This document shows, piece after piece, positions 8,866 to 18,214 of a DNA stretch of 38,191 nucleotides. Numbering within the stretch: the stretch's first letter is position 1; every line of letters begins with the position of its first letter. Below the pieces are notes generated by a model that was not told where the DNA came from, searched no databases, and saw only the letters and a program-made list of their open reading frames with translations. The DNA comes from a virus (taxonomy: Duplodnaviria > Caudoviricetes), in IMG/VR virus record IMGVR_UViG_3300028197_000054, positions 1-38,191 of that record, one strand, 5' to 3'. Position numbers and translations under genes: made by a program.

Positions 8866-9186
8866 ATGGCAACAGTTATTAAAATTAAAAAGTCAGAGAC
8901 GGCTAACGCTGTTCCTACTACCTCGGATTTAGCAGTCGGAGAAGTTGCCCTTAATACAGCAGACAAAGTTGCTTTCGTAAGAGACTCAACAGATAGCATA
9001 GTTAAATTTGCAAATTACGCAGAGAAGAACTTAGCATTAGAGTTTCCTACAGGAGATTGGGGTTCAGTAGCATCGGCATTAGCCACAGATGCTTTTGGAC
9101 AAACCATTGAAGTCATATATGACTTACAAACTAGTATTCAGTATAGGGTTGCGACAGAAGACATGGGTTCAGATTCATCAGTATAA
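8866..9186 (+). CDS. Small fibre-associated/adaptor protein
   Basis: N-terminal IKIKKS..VPTTSDLAVGEVALNTAD, the same domain type as the start of 7046. Confidence 0.65.
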   Translation: MATVIKIKKSETANAVPTTSDLAVGEVALNTADKVAFVRDSTDSIVKFANYAEKNLALEFPTGDWGSVASALATDAFGQTIEVIYDLQTSIQYRVATEDMGSDSSV

Positions 9187-9202
9187 AACAAGGAGACTAT
9201 AG

Positions 9203-9457
9203 ATGGCAGTTACAGTACAGTTTAGAAGGGGAACAACAGCTCAGAACAATTCGTTCACGGGTTCTGTTGGTGAACTTTCAGTAAACACAACAACCAATAC
9301 TATTAGGGTCCATGATGGGAGTACAGCAGGCGGACATGAGCTTATGAAAGCAGATGTCACCAACATTGATGGGAATGTTCCAATAAGCAACATTTCCGGA
9401 ACAATATCAGCTAGTGCATTAGACGATGGATCTAGCATAGACGGCGGAACATATTAA
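9203..9457 (+). CDS. Small protein with an Mtd_N-like fibre N-terminal domain
   Basis: VQFRRGT..FTG..GELSV.T....RVHDG...GGH, ending in IDGGTY. Confidence 0.7.
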   Translation: MAVTVQFRRGTTAQNNSFTGSVGELSVNTTTNTIRVHDGSTAGGHELMKADVTNIDGNVPISNISGTISASALDDGSSIDGGTY

Positions 9458-9471
9458 ATTAGGAGAAAAAA

Positions 9472-10926
9472 ATGCCAACACAAGTACAATTTAGAAGAGG
9501 AACAACATCACAGAATGATGCCTTTACTGGTGCGGTAGGTGAACTTTCCGTAGATACTACGCTAGATACAATCCGAGTACATGATGGTTCAAGCAGCGGC
9601 GGCCACAGACTAGCCAAATATTCTGACATAAGTGCAGGAGATATTACGGCGGTGGTTGCAGGCACAGGACTATCAGGCGGAGCAACTAGCGGAAGTGCTA
9701 CAGTATCACTTTCCCACCTAGGTTTAGAAAACCTAACAGACCCGAATGATGACAGAATTATATTCTGGGATGATTCAGCAAGCGCAACAGCGTTTTTAGA
9801 TATAGGTACTAATCTATCTTTATCAGGAACAACACTTAGCGCTTCTACACAAACGAGCTTAGCAGATGCAGATGCAGATACTAAGATTCAACTAGAAGAA
9901 AGCAGCGACGAAGATACAATTAGATTCGACGCAGCAGGAACAGAAGTTATGAAAGTAACTTCATCAGGTCTATTTCCAAGTGCAGATGATACATTTGCCC
10001 TAGGAGCTAGTAACTTACAATGGAGTGATCTATATGTAGGTCCTGGATCGTTATATGTTAATGGACAAAAAGTAATCGAAGACAACTCAGGTACAATTAG
10101 TATCTCAGCTGACGCTAACCAAAACGTATCAGTACAAACATCAGGATCAGGTAATGTCGAATTAGACGCTACTGGTTCAGGGCTTGTTTCTGTTAAAACT
10201 ACATTACAAATTGAGGACGGTAGCAATATCACAAACTCAGCAGGTAATGCAATTACATTTGGTTCAGGCTTAGCTTCGGACTCACTTACATCAAAATCTA
10301 CAAATACTAATTTAGTATTAGCTGGTAACGGCTCAGGGATTGTACAAGTAAGTGATGCCTTAACAGTAACAGGAAACCTTACAGTACAAGGAACAACCTC
10401 AACAGTAGAATCTACAACTTTAACAGTTGCAGATAAAAACATTACCGTAGCTCAAGGTGCAGCGGACGCAGCAGCAGCTAACGGAGCAGGACTTACAGTA
10501 GATGGAGCGTCAGCAACATTAACTTATACTTCTGCAGATGATAGATGGAACTTTAACAAATCCTTAAACGCTACCTTAGTTGGTAATGTTACAGGTAATG
10601 TTACAGGTAATGTTAGTGGAAGTTCTGGTTCAACAACAGGTAACGCAGCAACTGCTACAACAGCAGCGGCTTTAACTACAGCAAGGACTCTATCATTTAC
10701 AGGTGATGTAACTGGTACAGGAGACTTTGATGGTTCAGGTAACTTGGCTACTGCATTAACTATTGCAGCCAATAGTGTTGCTTTAGGTACAGATACAACA
10801 GGGAATTATATGACGCAAGTAAGTGGAGGAGATGGTGTTACTATTTCTCACACTCCAGGAGAAGGCTCAACAGCTACTATCACTGGTACAGCGATATATA
10901 ATTCAAGTGGAACAAAATTAAATTAA
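9472..10926 (+). CDS. Tail/neck fibre protein with an Mtd_N-like N-terminal domain
   Basis: VQFRRGT...RVHDGSSSGGH, DADADTKIQLEESSDEDTIRF, GNVT repeats and GNAATAT..LTTARTLSFTGDVTG. Confidence 0.78.
   Translation: MPTQVQFRRGTTSQNDAFTGAVGELSVDTTLDTIRVHDGSSSGGHRLAKYSDISAGDITAVVAGTGLSGGATSGSATVSLSHLGLENLTDPNDDRIIFWDDSASATAFLDIGTNLSLSGTTLSASTQTSLADADADTKIQLEESSDEDTIRFDAAGTEVMKVTSSGLFPSADDTFALGASNLQWSDLYVGPGSLYVNGQKVIEDNSGTISISADANQNVSVQTSGSGNVELDATGSGLVSVKTTLQIEDGSNITNSAGNAITFGSGLASDSLTSKSTNTNLVLAGNGSGIVQVSDALTVTGNLTVQGTTSTVESTTLTVADKNITVAQGAADAAAANGAGLTVDGASATLTYTSADDRWNFNKSLNATLVGNVTGNVTGNVSGSSGSTTGNAATATTAAALTTARTLSFTGDVTGTGDFDGSGNLATALTIAANSVALGTDTTGNYMTQVSGGDGVTISHTPGEGSTATITGTAIYNSSGTKLN
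10582..10615 (+). repeat. 12-bp tandem repeat GGTAATGTTACA (about 3 copies) encoding GNVT
   Basis: Seen directly: ggtaatgttaca ggtaatgttaca ggtaatgtta. Confidence 0.85.
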
Positions 10927-10938
10927 AGGTAGGCGCAG

Positions 10939-11916
10939 ATGGCTTTAGCAAGTAGAATAGATTTACAGGATTATTGTTTAAGGAGACTTGGACACCCTGT
11001 GATTGAAATTAATGTTGACGATGCACAACTCTCAGATCGTTTAGACGATTCTTTGCAGTTTTTTCAGGAGTATCATTTCGATGGTGTTGAGAGAACTTAT
11101 GTTAAGCATCAGATTACAGGTTCTACTCTAAAGCTAACTGCTAACCTTGGTGCAAACTTTACCAAGGGAGAAACTTTGACGGGTGGAACTTCCGGTGCAA
11201 TTGCAGAATTTCAAAAGACAGATTCAACACAACAGTTTTTAGAAATCGAGCAAGTTAAAGCCGGAACATTCCTTGCGTCAGAAACTATAACAGGAAGTAT
11301 ATCAAATGCAACAGCAACATTAGGTTCTTCGGACTTCTATACTAAAGGAGATATTGAAAATGGGTATTTACCTGTAAGTAACAATATCATAGGTATAACC
11401 CGAGTCTTTAATTTTGGTGGAGCAGCTACAAACAATACAAAAGACGGACAACTGTTTGATCTAATGTATCAGTTTAGAATGAATGATCTATATAATTTAA
11501 TGGGAGCAGACATGATATATTATTCAGTCGTGCAAACTCATTTATCAACACTAGAACAACTGTTGGTAGGACAACGACAAATTCGTTGGAATAGAAAAAC
11601 AGATAGACTTTATATAGATACAGATTGGGATAAAACATATAATATAGGCGACTATGTAGTAGCTGAAGCGTATGCAATTCTAGATCCTAATACATATACA
11701 GAAGTTTATGATGATATGTTCTTAAAGAAATATACAACAGCATTATTTAAAAAACAATGGGGCGATAATCTGAAGAAATTTGCAGGTATTCAAATGCCAG
11801 GTGGGGTTACTTTAAACGGAGAAACCATTTACAACGAGGCAGTACAAGAGATACAAGCAATTGAACAGGAGATGCAACTTAAATACGAATTACCTCCTCA
11901 ATTTATGATAGGTTAA
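10939..11916 (+). CDS. gp13: Neck protein gp13
   Basis: YCLRRLGHPVIEINV, EYHFDG, KKQWGDNL.KF.GIQMPGGVTLNG; synteny. Confidence 0.93.
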   Translation: MALASRIDLQDYCLRRLGHPVIEINVDDAQLSDRLDDSLQFFQEYHFDGVERTYVKHQITGSTLKLTANLGANFTKGETLTGGTSGAIAEFQKTDSTQQFLEIEQVKAGTFLASETITGSISNATATLGSSDFYTKGDIENGYLPVSNNIIGITRVFNFGGAATNNTKDGQLFDLMYQFRMNDLYNLMGADMIYYSVVQTHLSTLEQLLVGQRQIRWNRKTDRLYIDTDWDKTYNIGDYVVAEAYAILDPNTYTEVYDDMFLKKYTTALFKKQWGDNLKKFAGIQMPGGVTLNGETIYNEAVQEIQAIEQEMQLKYELPPQFMIG

Positions 11917-11919
11917 AAC

Positions 11920-12669
11920 ATGGCCACAAATTTCTATTTTCAAAATGGCGGTGGTATAGGACAAACAAGCGAGCAACGCTTAATTGAAGACCTTATTATC
12001 GAGAGCCTTAAAATATACGGCCACGATACTTACTACTTACCTAGAACAATAGTCAACAAAGATAGTATCTTTGATGAGGATGCTTTGTCTAGATTTACAC
12101 AAGCATATCCTTTAGAAATGTACTTAGATAATGTACAAGGCTTTGAAGGACAAGGAGATATATTTACAAGGTTTGGAATGGAAGTTCGAGACCAAGCAAC
12201 TTTTGTTTTAGCAAAAAGACGTTGGGAGGACATGGTTACAAGACAAGGTCCTACAGTAGCAAGAAAAGCTAGACCAGTGGAAGGAGATTTAATATATTTC
12301 GATAAAACAAAATCCTTATTTGAAATTAAATATGTAGATTTTCAAAATCCTTTCTATCAGGCAGGACAAATATATGTATTTAGATTAACATGTGAATTAT
12401 TTGAATATAGTTCAGAGGATTTGGATACAGGTATTGCAACTATAGACGCAATAGAAACAAAATACTCTCAAGATATGTTAGAGTATCAATTTAAAAAGGA
12501 AGATGGGGGGTTATTCTTGAAAGAAGATAGTGGCAGTTTAATTACAGAAGCATATCAGACATCAGTATCAGAACCAATCGACAATGCAGACTTTGATAAC
12601 TTGCTAACTACTGAGGGAATCCTAGACTTTAGCGAGTCTAATCCATTCGGTGAAATAGGAGGCTCGTAA
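11920..12669 (+). CDS. gp14: Neck protein gp14 (head closure)
   Basis: EQRLIEDLIIESLKIYG, RPVEGDLIYF, CELFEYS, DFSESNPFG. Confidence 0.93.
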   Translation: MATNFYFQNGGGIGQTSEQRLIEDLIIESLKIYGHDTYYLPRTIVNKDSIFDEDALSRFTQAYPLEMYLDNVQGFEGQGDIFTRFGMEVRDQATFVLAKRRWEDMVTRQGPTVARKARPVEGDLIYFDKTKSLFEIKYVDFQNPFYQAGQIYVFRLTCELFEYSSEDLDTGIATIDAIETKYSQDMLEYQFKKEDGGLFLKEDSGSLITEAYQTSVSEPIDNADFDNLLTTEGILDFSESNPFGEIGGS

Positions 12670-13463
12670 TGTTTAAAGATAAAACATTTTATCACAGTCA
12701 TATAAGAAAAGCTATTATAGCTTTTGGAACAATATTCAATGATATAAACATTGAAAGAAAGAATTCAGCAGGTGCAATAGCACAAACATTAAGAGTGCCT
12801 TTAGCGTACTCTACAAAACAAAAGTTCTTAACTAGGATTGCCAGAGTACCAGATTCAAGTACCCGAGGAGAAGTAGCGCTTACTTTACCTAGAATGGGAT
12901 TTGAAATAAATGGTATAACCTACGATCCAGGCAGGAAGGTAGCTCCTATAAATAGAACGAGAGTAGTAGGAACAGGCGACGATACGAATACAGTAAGATC
13001 TGTATTTGCTTCTGCTCCATGGAACATGGACTTAGCATTATATGTATTTGCTAAGAACCAAAATGATGGATTAAATATAATAGAACAAGTACTTCCTTAT
13101 TTTAATCCAGACTTTAATGTAACAATAAACGATCTTCCAGAGATGGGGATTAAAAGAGATTTAAAAATAACTTTAGATAATGTTAATTATGAAGATGAAT
13201 ATGAAGGCGAGTTTGCAAACAGACTAAGTGTAATATGGACTTTAAATTTTACCATGAGACTTAATTTCTACAGCCATGTGGCTAATGTAGATATTATTAA
13301 ACAGGCAGTAATAGATGCCTATAGTGATCCTAACTTAACACTAGATAAAGTAGCACTCTCAGCAGGAAGAGCAAGAGTTAAAGCAACAGTTAACCCATCT
13401 TCTGCTACACCAGCCGACGCATATACATTCTTGGAGGAATTTGATGAAGCATTCGAAACATAG
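12669..13463 (+). CDS. gp15: Tail sheath stabilizer / tail terminator gp15
   Basis: FYH..IRK.IIAFGT.FN, VPLAY, LPRMGFE, IIEQVLPYFNP. Confidence 0.93.
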   Translation: MFKDKTFYHSHIRKAIIAFGTIFNDINIERKNSAGAIAQTLRVPLAYSTKQKFLTRIARVPDSSTRGEVALTLPRMGFEINGITYDPGRKVAPINRTRVVGTGDDTNTVRSVFASAPWNMDLALYVFAKNQNDGLNIIEQVLPYFNPDFNVTINDLPEMGIKRDLKITLDNVNYEDEYEGEFANRLSVIWTLNFTMRLNFYSHVANVDIIKQAVIDAYSDPNLTLDKVALSAGRARVKATVNPSSATPADAYTFLEEFDEAFET

Positions 13464-13947
13464 CGGTTTTGAAGAATTAGATAAGAGTTTTAATACAAAA
13501 GAAATAACAAAAGCTTTAGAAACTAATCTTAAAAAAACTGAAGAAGAAAGACAATTACCAGTAGTAGGCATGTCCGAAGAGGATAAAGATGCACTACACT
13601 CTAAGCAACAAGAAGAAGACTTACAATACGCAAGGAGTATGCTTAAACAGGCTGAAGCCTTTAATGCTGAGGCAATAGAAGGCATATTACATATAGCCAG
13701 GAACTCGGATCAACCCAGAGCATACGAAGTCGCAGGTGGCTTAATTAAAAATTTACAAGACAATGCTAAAGACATGTTAGATGTACACGAAAAACAAAAA
13801 AGAATAACAGCAGATGACAGCAAAGTTAAAGGCAATATAAAAACACAGAACAACATGTTCGTAGGTAGTACAAAAGAATTACTACAAGCATTGAAAGGCG
13901 AACAGGCTAAGTTAATAGAAGGTGAAGTAGACGATGGCGAGACCTGA
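13444..13947 (+). CDS. gp16: Terminase small subunit gp16
   Basis: DLQYAR, SDQPRAYEV, NNMFVGST.EL; SD GGAGG before ATG 13444. Confidence 0.92.
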   Translation: MKHSKHSGFEELDKSFNTKEITKALETNLKKTEEERQLPVVGMSEEDKDALHSKQQEEDLQYARSMLKQAEAFNAEAIEGILHIARNSDQPRAYEVAGGLIKNLQDNAKDMLDVHEKQKRITADDSKVKGNIKTQNNMFVGSTKELLQALKGEQAKLIEGEVDDGET

Positions 13948-15595
13948 AGTCACATCATATCACGGCAATCCTAATCTTAAACCATTAGCATATCAGCACG
14001 ACTTTACTCAACAAGAGATAGCGGAGTATGTTAAATGCCAAAACGATCCTAAGTATTTCATAGAAAACTATGTAAAGATAGTTACACTAGACAGAGGATT
14101 ACAACCTTTTAAATTATTTGATTGTCAGAAAGGCAAAGTAGATCTCATAATGAATGAGAGAAAAGTAATTTTAATGGAAGGTAGACAGCAAGGTAAAACA
14201 GTAACAGCAGCTGCGTGTATATTACACTATACAATATTCCAAGAAGATAAGACAGTAGCTATCATGGCTAACAAAGCCTCAGCAGCGAGGGAAGTATTAA
14301 ACAGATACCAGATAATGTATGAGAACTTACCTTTGTGGATGCAACAAGGTGTTAGAGTATGGAATAAAGGTGATGTAGAATTAGAAAACAATAGTAAAGT
14401 ACTCTCAGCAGCTACAACAGCATCCGCCATTCGTGGTAAATCAGTTAACTGGTTATACATTGATGAGGCAGCAATCATACCTAACAACATAGCAGACGAA
14501 TTCTTTACTTCTGTTTATCCTACAATCTCAGCTGGTGAAACAACAAAGATCCTACTTACATCTACACCACTAGGTTACAATCACTTCTGGAAGTTCTGGA
14601 ATGAGGCAGAGAAAAAACAAAATGGCTTTGAACACATGTTCATACCTTACTATGAGATACCAGGAAGAGATGAGAAGTGGTTAGAAGAACAAAAAGGACT
14701 CTTGGGTGAGGTAAAATTCAATCAAGAGGTAATGTGTGAGTTCTTAGGTTCAACAAATACTTTAATAAATGCTACAACAATTGGTAGACTAAGTACAAAA
14801 GACGTAGAGTTTACAAATAACGGACTAGACATATACGAAAATCCAGAAGAAGGACATTACTACGCAATGGCATGTGATACTGCCAGAGGTATAGGAGGAG
14901 ATTACTCTGCCTTTGTAGTCGTAGACATAACAAAAATGCCTTACAAAGTAGTAGCAAAGTATAGAGACAATACAATAGCGCCTATGTTATTTCCAGATGT
15001 TATAGGAAAAGTAGGAAGAGACTACAACAACGCATTCATTCTTGTAGAGGTAAACGATATAGGACAACAGGTAGTAGAAATACTACATCAAGAAGTAGAG
15101 TATGAAAACATATTAAGTACAGTACAAGAACAAAATAGACAATATGTAAGTCCTGGCTTTGGTAAAGCAACCAAGTTAGGTGTAACTACTTCTAAATCAG
15201 TAAAAAGACAAGGGTGTTTTACCTTTAAGTCTTTACTAGAAGAACAAAAATTATTGATATTTGATGAGCATATCATACATGAAATATCAACCTTTATAGA
15301 AAAAGGTAGTACATATCAAGCAGACGAAGGCTATCATGATGATCTAGTTATGTGTATGGTATTATTTGGTTGGTTGTCTAGTCAAAATTTCTTTAAAGAC
15401 ATGACAGATGTTAATGTAAGAGAAGGATTATATGGACAACAGATGGGAGAAATAGAATCTAATCTTACACCATTCATTAGAAGAGATGGACAAGAGCCAG
15501 AAGTAGAAGTACTAGGTGGCGATGTTTGGTTATTAGAAGATGAATATAACCCAGGCAACTTACAGAAAAAACTCAAAGATTTGATTAACGGATGA
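13934..15595 (+). CDS. gp17: Terminase large subunit gp17
   Basis: YHGNPNLK, Walker A RQQGKT, Walker B LYIDEAA, TSTP.G, nuclease motifs DTARG.GGDYS and HDDLVM. Confidence 0.97.
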   Translation: MARPEVTSYHGNPNLKPLAYQHDFTQQEIAEYVKCQNDPKYFIENYVKIVTLDRGLQPFKLFDCQKGKVDLIMNERKVILMEGRQQGKTVTAAACILHYTIFQEDKTVAIMANKASAAREVLNRYQIMYENLPLWMQQGVRVWNKGDVELENNSKVLSAATTASAIRGKSVNWLYIDEAAIIPNNIADEFFTSVYPTISAGETTKILLTSTPLGYNHFWKFWNEAEKKQNGFEHMFIPYYEIPGRDEKWLEEQKGLLGEVKFNQEVMCEFLGSTNTLINATTIGRLSTKDVEFTNNGLDIYENPEEGHYYAMACDTARGIGGDYSAFVVVDITKMPYKVVAKYRDNTIAPMLFPDVIGKVGRDYNNAFILVEVNDIGQQVVEILHQEVEYENILSTVQEQNRQYVSPGFGKATKLGVTTSKSVKRQGCFTFKSLLEEQKLLIFDEHIIHEISTFIEKGSTYQADEGYHDDLVMCMVLFGWLSSQNFFKDMTDVNVREGLYGQQMGEIESNLTPFIRRDGQEPEVEVLGGDVWLLEDEYNPGNLQKKLKDLING

Positions 15596-15651
15596 TGTAT
15601 TTACAGGAAAAATCGTGTATTTACAAATTACTAAGTCTAACTTTTATCATG

Positions 15652-15659
15652 TATAAATA
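15652..15659 (+). promoter_or_regulatory. Late promoter for gp18
   Basis: Intergenic TATAAATA upstream of the gp18 SD (GAGGAG). Confidence 0.8.
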
Positions 15660-15719
15660 GTAGGATGATAATAAAAACTTGTGTCATTCATAAGATAATA
15701 TAAAACCGAGGAGAAAAAC

Positions 15720-17633
15720 ATGGCATTTCAGCTATCACCAGGTGTTCTTGTTAAGGAAACAGATCTTACTTCTGTTATCCCAGCAGTAGCTACTTCTATA
15801 GGAGCTTTTGTGGGTAATTTCAGATGGGGACCTGCCGGCGAGATCACAACAATTAGTACAGAAAACGAACTTGCAGCCAAGTTCGGACAGCCAAATGACA
15901 GCACAGCAGTTGACTTTTTAACAGCAGCTTCATTTTTGGCATATGGTAATAACCTTCAATTAGTTAGAGCTATTGACGATACCACAGCAACTAATGCTGT
16001 AGCATCAGGCTCAGCGACATTAATTAAAAACGCAGACGATTATCAATTGAACCATTCAACTGGTTCAGGAAGTAATGGTATGTGGGCAGCTAAATATCCA
16101 GGCACTTTAGGAAACTCTCTTAAAGTAGCTCTTGCAGATTCCAGTAATTTTGACACCAACTCTGTTGCGTCAACTACTGTATCAGCAGGTGGATCTAGCT
16201 ATAGTAGTGTTCCAACTGTTACATTTTCAGCTCCACCTTCAGGTGTTACCGCTACAGGTACAGCGACAGTGGCGTCAAATGCAGTTACAGCAATTACTAT
16301 AACAAACCCAGGTAATGGTTATACCAGCGCACCTACAATTACATTCAGTGGCGGAGGCGGAACTGGAGCAGCAGCGACAGCAGCACTCGCAACTGATTGG
16401 GCATATAAAAATGAATTTGATAGAGCACCACTTACATCTACAAAAGTAGCAATACAAGGCGGTTCAAACGACGAACTTCACATTGTTGTTATTGACGAAG
16501 ATGGAGCGATTTCGGGCGTAGTTAATACAGTCCTAGAAAGATTCGCTCATACTTCTAAAGCATCCGATGCTAGAGGACTAGAAGGTGGTTCATTGTTCTA
16601 TAAAGATGTAATTAATACGCAGTCTAAGTATGTTTACTGGACAGACCATCCTGCAGGAGACTCCACATGGGGTAACGCAGCACAGGGTCAAGCATTTACA
16701 TCAGGATTCACAACAGCAGAAGCAACAATAAGCCTTTCAGGTGGTGTTGATGATGCACCTGACTCAGGTGACATTCAAACAGCTTGGAGCTTGTTTGCAG
16801 ATGCAGAACAAACAGACGTAAACCTTCTTATTACTGGAGCAGTAGGTACTACAGACCAAAAGTATGTACAAGATAATATTGCTAAAGTAAGAAAGGATTG
16901 TGTTTCATTCCATTCACCAATATTGGCTTCCGTTGTTAACAACGCAGGCTCAGAGGTAGCATCCATTACTACAGATAAAGGGCAGTTAGCTGCTACTTCA
17001 TATAGTTTTATGGACGGCAACTGGAAATATATGTATGATCGCTATAACGATGTATACAGATGGGTTCCATTAAATGGAGACACAGCAGGTTTATGTGCAA
17101 ACACAGACGCAGAAGCAGATCCGTGGTTCTCACCAGCAGGATTTAACAGAGGACAAATTAGAAATGCTGTTAAATTAGCATGGAGTCCTACTAAAACTAA
17201 CAGAGACGAACTATATAAAATTGGTGTAAACCCAATTATTAATAGCCCAGGTAATGGGATTGTATTGTTTGGAGACAAAACTCTATTAGCAGCACCTAGT
17301 GCTTTTGATAGAATTAATGTTAGAAGACTGTTTATTGTATTAGAGAAGGCAATTTCTACTTCAGCTAAATTCCAATTATTTGAATTTAACGACGCATTTA
17401 CTAGAAATCAATTCACATCACTTGTTACACCTTTCTTAAGAAATGTACAAGGCAGACGTGGAATATTTGATTTTAAAGTAGTATGTAACGAAAGTAATAA
17501 CACAGGCGAAGTAATCGACAGCAACCAGTTTGTTGCAGATATTTTCATTAAGCCTGCTCGTTCTATTAACTTTATTACATTAAACTTTATCGCTACTAGA
17601 ACAGACGTTAGTTTCGAAGAAATTGGCGGTTAA
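15720..17633 (+). CDS. gp18: Tail sheath protein gp18
   Basis: MAFQLSPGV, FRWGP, PWFSPAG.NRG, FDRINVRRLF, FIKPARSINFI. Confidence 0.97.
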   Translation: MAFQLSPGVLVKETDLTSVIPAVATSIGAFVGNFRWGPAGEITTISTENELAAKFGQPNDSTAVDFLTAASFLAYGNNLQLVRAIDDTTATNAVASGSATLIKNADDYQLNHSTGSGSNGMWAAKYPGTLGNSLKVALADSSNFDTNSVASTTVSAGGSSYSSVPTVTFSAPPSGVTATGTATVASNAVTAITITNPGNGYTSAPTITFSGGGGTGAAATAALATDWAYKNEFDRAPLTSTKVAIQGGSNDELHIVVIDEDGAISGVVNTVLERFAHTSKASDARGLEGGSLFYKDVINTQSKYVYWTDHPAGDSTWGNAAQGQAFTSGFTTAEATISLSGGVDDAPDSGDIQTAWSLFADAEQTDVNLLITGAVGTTDQKYVQDNIAKVRKDCVSFHSPILASVVNNAGSEVASITTDKGQLAATSYSFMDGNWKYMYDRYNDVYRWVPLNGDTAGLCANTDAEADPWFSPAGFNRGQIRNAVKLAWSPTKTNRDELYKIGVNPIINSPGNGIVLFGDKTLLAAPSAFDRINVRRLFIVLEKAISTSAKFQLFEFNDAFTRNQFTSLVTPFLRNVQGRRGIFDFKVVCNESNNTGEVIDSNQFVADIFIKPARSINFITLNFIATRTDVSFEEIGG

Positions 17634-17636
17634 CTG

Positions 17637-17644
17637 TATAAATA
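17637..17644 (+). promoter_or_regulatory. Late promoter for gp19
   Basis: TATAAATA immediately after the gp18 stop. Confidence 0.8.
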
Positions 17645-17670
17645 ACTTATAAGGACAAAGGAGAAAAAAA

Positions 17671-18192
17671 ATGCCTAATATAACAACATTTAAATCAGCA
17701 TTAGCTGACGGCGGTGCTCGTCCTAACCAGTTTAAAGTTTTCATTCCGTTTCCAGGCGAAGCAGAAACACCGAATGCACAACAACAACTATTGGTTAGTG
17801 GAGCAGCACTACCAGCATCAACTGTCAACCCAGTTATTACACAATACAGAGGTAGGGAAGTTAAATTTGCTGGAGAAAGAATATACGATCCGTGGACAAT
17901 TACAGTCATTAATAATAGCGAGCAGACACTAAGAAGGCAATTCGAGGCGTGGATGAACTTTATTAATGATAGAGAAACAAATGAAGGCGAGATGGACTGG
18001 AGTAAATATCAGACTGATATTACTGTTGAGCATTTACATAGGAATAATAAGGCACTAACAGGTGGTTCTTATATTCTACAACAAGCTTTCCCAATTAATA
18101 TGTCAGAAATTGCATTACAATATGCACAGAACGACATCATTGAAGAGTATACTGTAACATTCCAGTATCAAGCCTATACTATTACTAACTAG
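17671..18192 (+). CDS. gp19: Tail tube protein gp19
   Basis: GGARPNQF, YRGREVKFAGER.YDPWTITV, IEEYTVTFQY. Confidence 0.95.
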   Translation: MPNITTFKSALADGGARPNQFKVFIPFPGEAETPNAQQQLLVSGAALPASTVNPVITQYRGREVKFAGERIYDPWTITVINNSEQTLRRQFEAWMNFINDRETNEGEMDWSKYQTDITVEHLHRNNKALTGGSYILQQAFPINMSEIALQYAQNDIIEEYTVTFQYQAYTITN

Positions 18193-18214
18193 TAATTAAA
18201 GAGGATATATAATT

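Noticed and set aside
9203-10926. Mtd_N-like domains suggesting a diversity-generating retroelement
   Set aside because: No reverse transcriptase, Avd or TR/VR adenine-variant repeat was seen. The domain is a generic fibre N-terminus.
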